Below are positions 61,570 through 64,000 of a stretch of DNA of 64,000 nucleotides, in pieces (the stretch's first letter is position 1; every line of letters starts with the position of its first letter). Origin of the DNA: Lophium mytilinum. Lineage: Eukaryota. The notes beneath the pieces were generated by a model. That model made no database searches. It worked only from the letters and a program-made list of their open reading frames with translations, and had not been told where the DNA came from. Location: assembly GCA_010093605.1 (NCBI GenBank), contig MU004190.1:1372961-1436960 (forward strand), read 5' to 3'. A program made the position numbers and the translations under genes.

Positions 61570-62914
61570 GATGCTGGCTTGCAGTGCTCTTGAAAATCCG
61601 AAGCGCGGGAGTGTACCACCGAATGGCCAATTTGATAGCGGTCGGGGTAGTAGTTGCAGGAGCTGTGGCTATCGACGTAAAAGACCTGACGCGGGGAGTT
61701 TCTCGGCAAGGATGGAAGTATGTTCGACGAGATGGAGGCTGAAATTATGTGTTCGTGCTTTTACCTCGCGGCAGGTTGTAAGTGCGGCCGACATGATTCT
61801 TACAAATGACAGGTGGCAGGAATATAATAAAGGGTACGAAGAGTGCGAGTAAACTGTCTGGTTGACCCATAACTTGAAATATGGGTGAGTCTTCTCATCC
61901 ATGGTTGCGGCCGTTGGGTTAAAAAACGAAAAGGGATACTGGCCAAGCCACACAACCAATGACAGATCGTAGGCGACATTTCAGGCAACGTTTCTTAAGA
62001 AATTTGACTTCGAATCTGAAAGTCAATCCGCAGATTTTGCACGTGATAGAACATGAGTCAAACTTCAATAATTTTCCTCTGCTAGAACAGAGATTGCCTT
62101 CTCCGTGGAAGCAAACACCAAACCAAGGCAAACCCTTCATTTTCAAAGTACTTTAGAATGCCGTTGGGCTCTGTGGAGATGCGTCGTATTTATATCTGTT
62201 GGACAACTCATCTACTTTCTACCCACTCTGGAATCTTTGAGAAAAATGTTCCGATCTTGGATGCATCATTTTTTGACTATCAAAGAGCCGAACGACTAAT
62301 CATTACACTAATAACGTCCTACTAGCAACAAGATGAAAAACACCGAGGGTGACGAGTATACACGTACCGTAGCTTCTAGATTGCAGTGTAGCTCTCAAAT
62401 TTCCTATTTACGACGGTCTTGATCATTCAATCGCCCAAGAAGTAGTGCCTTGTCGTCCAAAGGTAATGTAATTAACAACCCCATTACAGTCCACCGTTCT
62501 AGCAGCGGAGGGACTCGGGAATTGTTCTTTGACCTTTCGTTGTTTCGTATGTTCTAGCGAATGACAAGAGAAAACATCCACGTGTTTTATTCTCAGCCCC
62601 ATGAACTTTCTGTATTATGCATGAGTTTGGATGCCATTTCCCTGGTCTCGGAGACAAGACGCGGCTGGAATGGGACAGCCGTTTCCGCCAATTCACGGTA
62701 AACTAGCTCTGGGTGGAACTTATACCATTCACCATCGGATCCACTACGACTCTCCTTATAAAGTGCTCCTAAATCAAGGACAGCGCCTCATTCAATATCA
62801 TTCCCCAGCCACCGCCCATCCCGATAAACCCACACCTATGGCAACATCGTCCTCGTCACCACTTCCGACTACTTGATTCTATCAACATAGACGACTAAGC
62901 TAGTCTCTATAACC

Positions 62915-63751
62915 ATGGGTACCAACAAGCGTAAACGATCCACGTCGAATCCAGCACCGAAAGGGAAAAACGCTAGACGCGTATCATCGTCAACGCTCTC
63001 TCACGCTGAGCATCCCGACGAGGCGACGGCTCAAGCAGCTGCTGCACCGCTGGCCAAAAAAAAGCGAAACGGGCCCGTTGCTACATCGTGTAGAAGCTGC
63101 ATCAAAGCCAGATGTCGCTGCACCCGCGAATACCCAACCTGCAATCGCTGCACGACCAAACATCTCGACTGCCACTACGACGGCATAACCCCTAGCCACG
63201 CCCCGCAAGCTAGGAGTCTAGATATGCATGCTCAACTGGAGCTGAGAGCAGAACCCCTGGCTCCGGGCCCTAGCCAACGTGGATCAAGGGCGGCAGAGGC
63301 ATCAACCAGCGGAAGTGGCAGCACCGCAAACACTACGAATGGTCAAGCCCCAGCCAGCAATGTAGAAGGGTCCCGGAACCACATAATGCAACAAATGGAG
63401 GTAGCAAATGAAACTGGAGCGACGGAGGCTGCCGATCGAATCCTGGCCAACATTCAGGTCATCGATGATACCACGGCGGACAACGCTACAATACATGAGG
63501 CACCTACCGCTTTGGTCCCCCAAATGCGGCAGCACGTTGCTCTTGAAAATGTTGGTGCTCTCGAGATGGTCTGCGAGCTGCTCTGGCGGCTTCCCCGTAG
63601 TATGATCGTTACTCCGGCTGCCCTAGGCTGGGTCTTCTTTCTGCTAGAGCACAATGGCGTACAAGTGACCGCGGTTGAAAGACAGATCATTGAAAGAGTC
63701 GGTTTCACTATGGGAGGCCTCCTCGACGCGTTCTTCCGCCATGGCTGGTAG
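62915..63751 (+). CDS. Short Zn(II)2Cys6 domain protein
   Basis: SCRSCIKARCRCTREYPTCNRCTTKHLDCHY; basic NLS-like KRKR and KKKR. Confidence 0.85.
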   Translation: MGTNKRKRSTSNPAPKGKNARRVSSSTLSHAEHPDEATAQAAAAPLAKKKRNGPVATSCRSCIKARCRCTREYPTCNRCTTKHLDCHYDGITPSHAPQARSLDMHAQLELRAEPLAPGPSQRGSRAAEASTSGSGSTANTTNGQAPASNVEGSRNHIMQQMEVANETGATEAADRILANIQVIDDTTADNATIHEAPTALVPQMRQHVALENVGALEMVCELLWRLPRSMIVTPAALGWVFFLLEHNGVQVTAVERQIIERVGFTMGGLLDAFFRHGW

Positions 63752-64000
63752 AGATCTACTACGATCGTACACTACGAGGAGGAAGACTTGGTATGACGAT
63801 CCACACGAACTGCTTTGCTTTGTCGTCCCTCCTTTACTGAGTTTGTAATAGGTTGAATAGCTGCGTTTACGAAGCTCTTTACCGAAAGATTAGATTGAGA
63901 TCCCTAGTCTTTGTGAAAAGAGTCCTTATGTGCTTCGAGAATGAGACATACCGGGATATCATACTGATAGTTCAAATTACTGCAGACTCAAGGAACGGCG

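Overview
Intron-containing DNA from a filamentous ascomycete (Pezizomycotina; Dothideomycete-like is a guess). Conserved genes (ECM31/panB, ATG12, Dbf4/Dfp1, MsrB, an MFS transporter, GPI16, LUC7) alternate with accessory genes: an NB-ARC-TPR NLR, a beta-lactamase-family hydrolase, a P450, a SesA-like/ubiquitin-like/SPRY-like protein, a bacterial-looking SDR, an M43 protease, an O-methyltransferase, a PTH11-like receptor, an F-box protein, a Zn2Cys6 protein and several pseudogenes. The standout is 28.1-44.2 kb. Two diverged paralogous orphan genes point away from each other (29885-32008 minus, 38862-42889 plus). They share a repeated ~100-aa domain I cannot assign, a 2-codon first exon, an intron motif, an upstream motif, a hairpin-bearing 3' element and a downstream 170-204 bp satellite array. 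Together the two units form a large imperfect inverted duplication enclosing two ordinary enzyme genes. Gene models were spliced by eye and boundaries are approximate; family assignments come from recalled motifs, not database searches.
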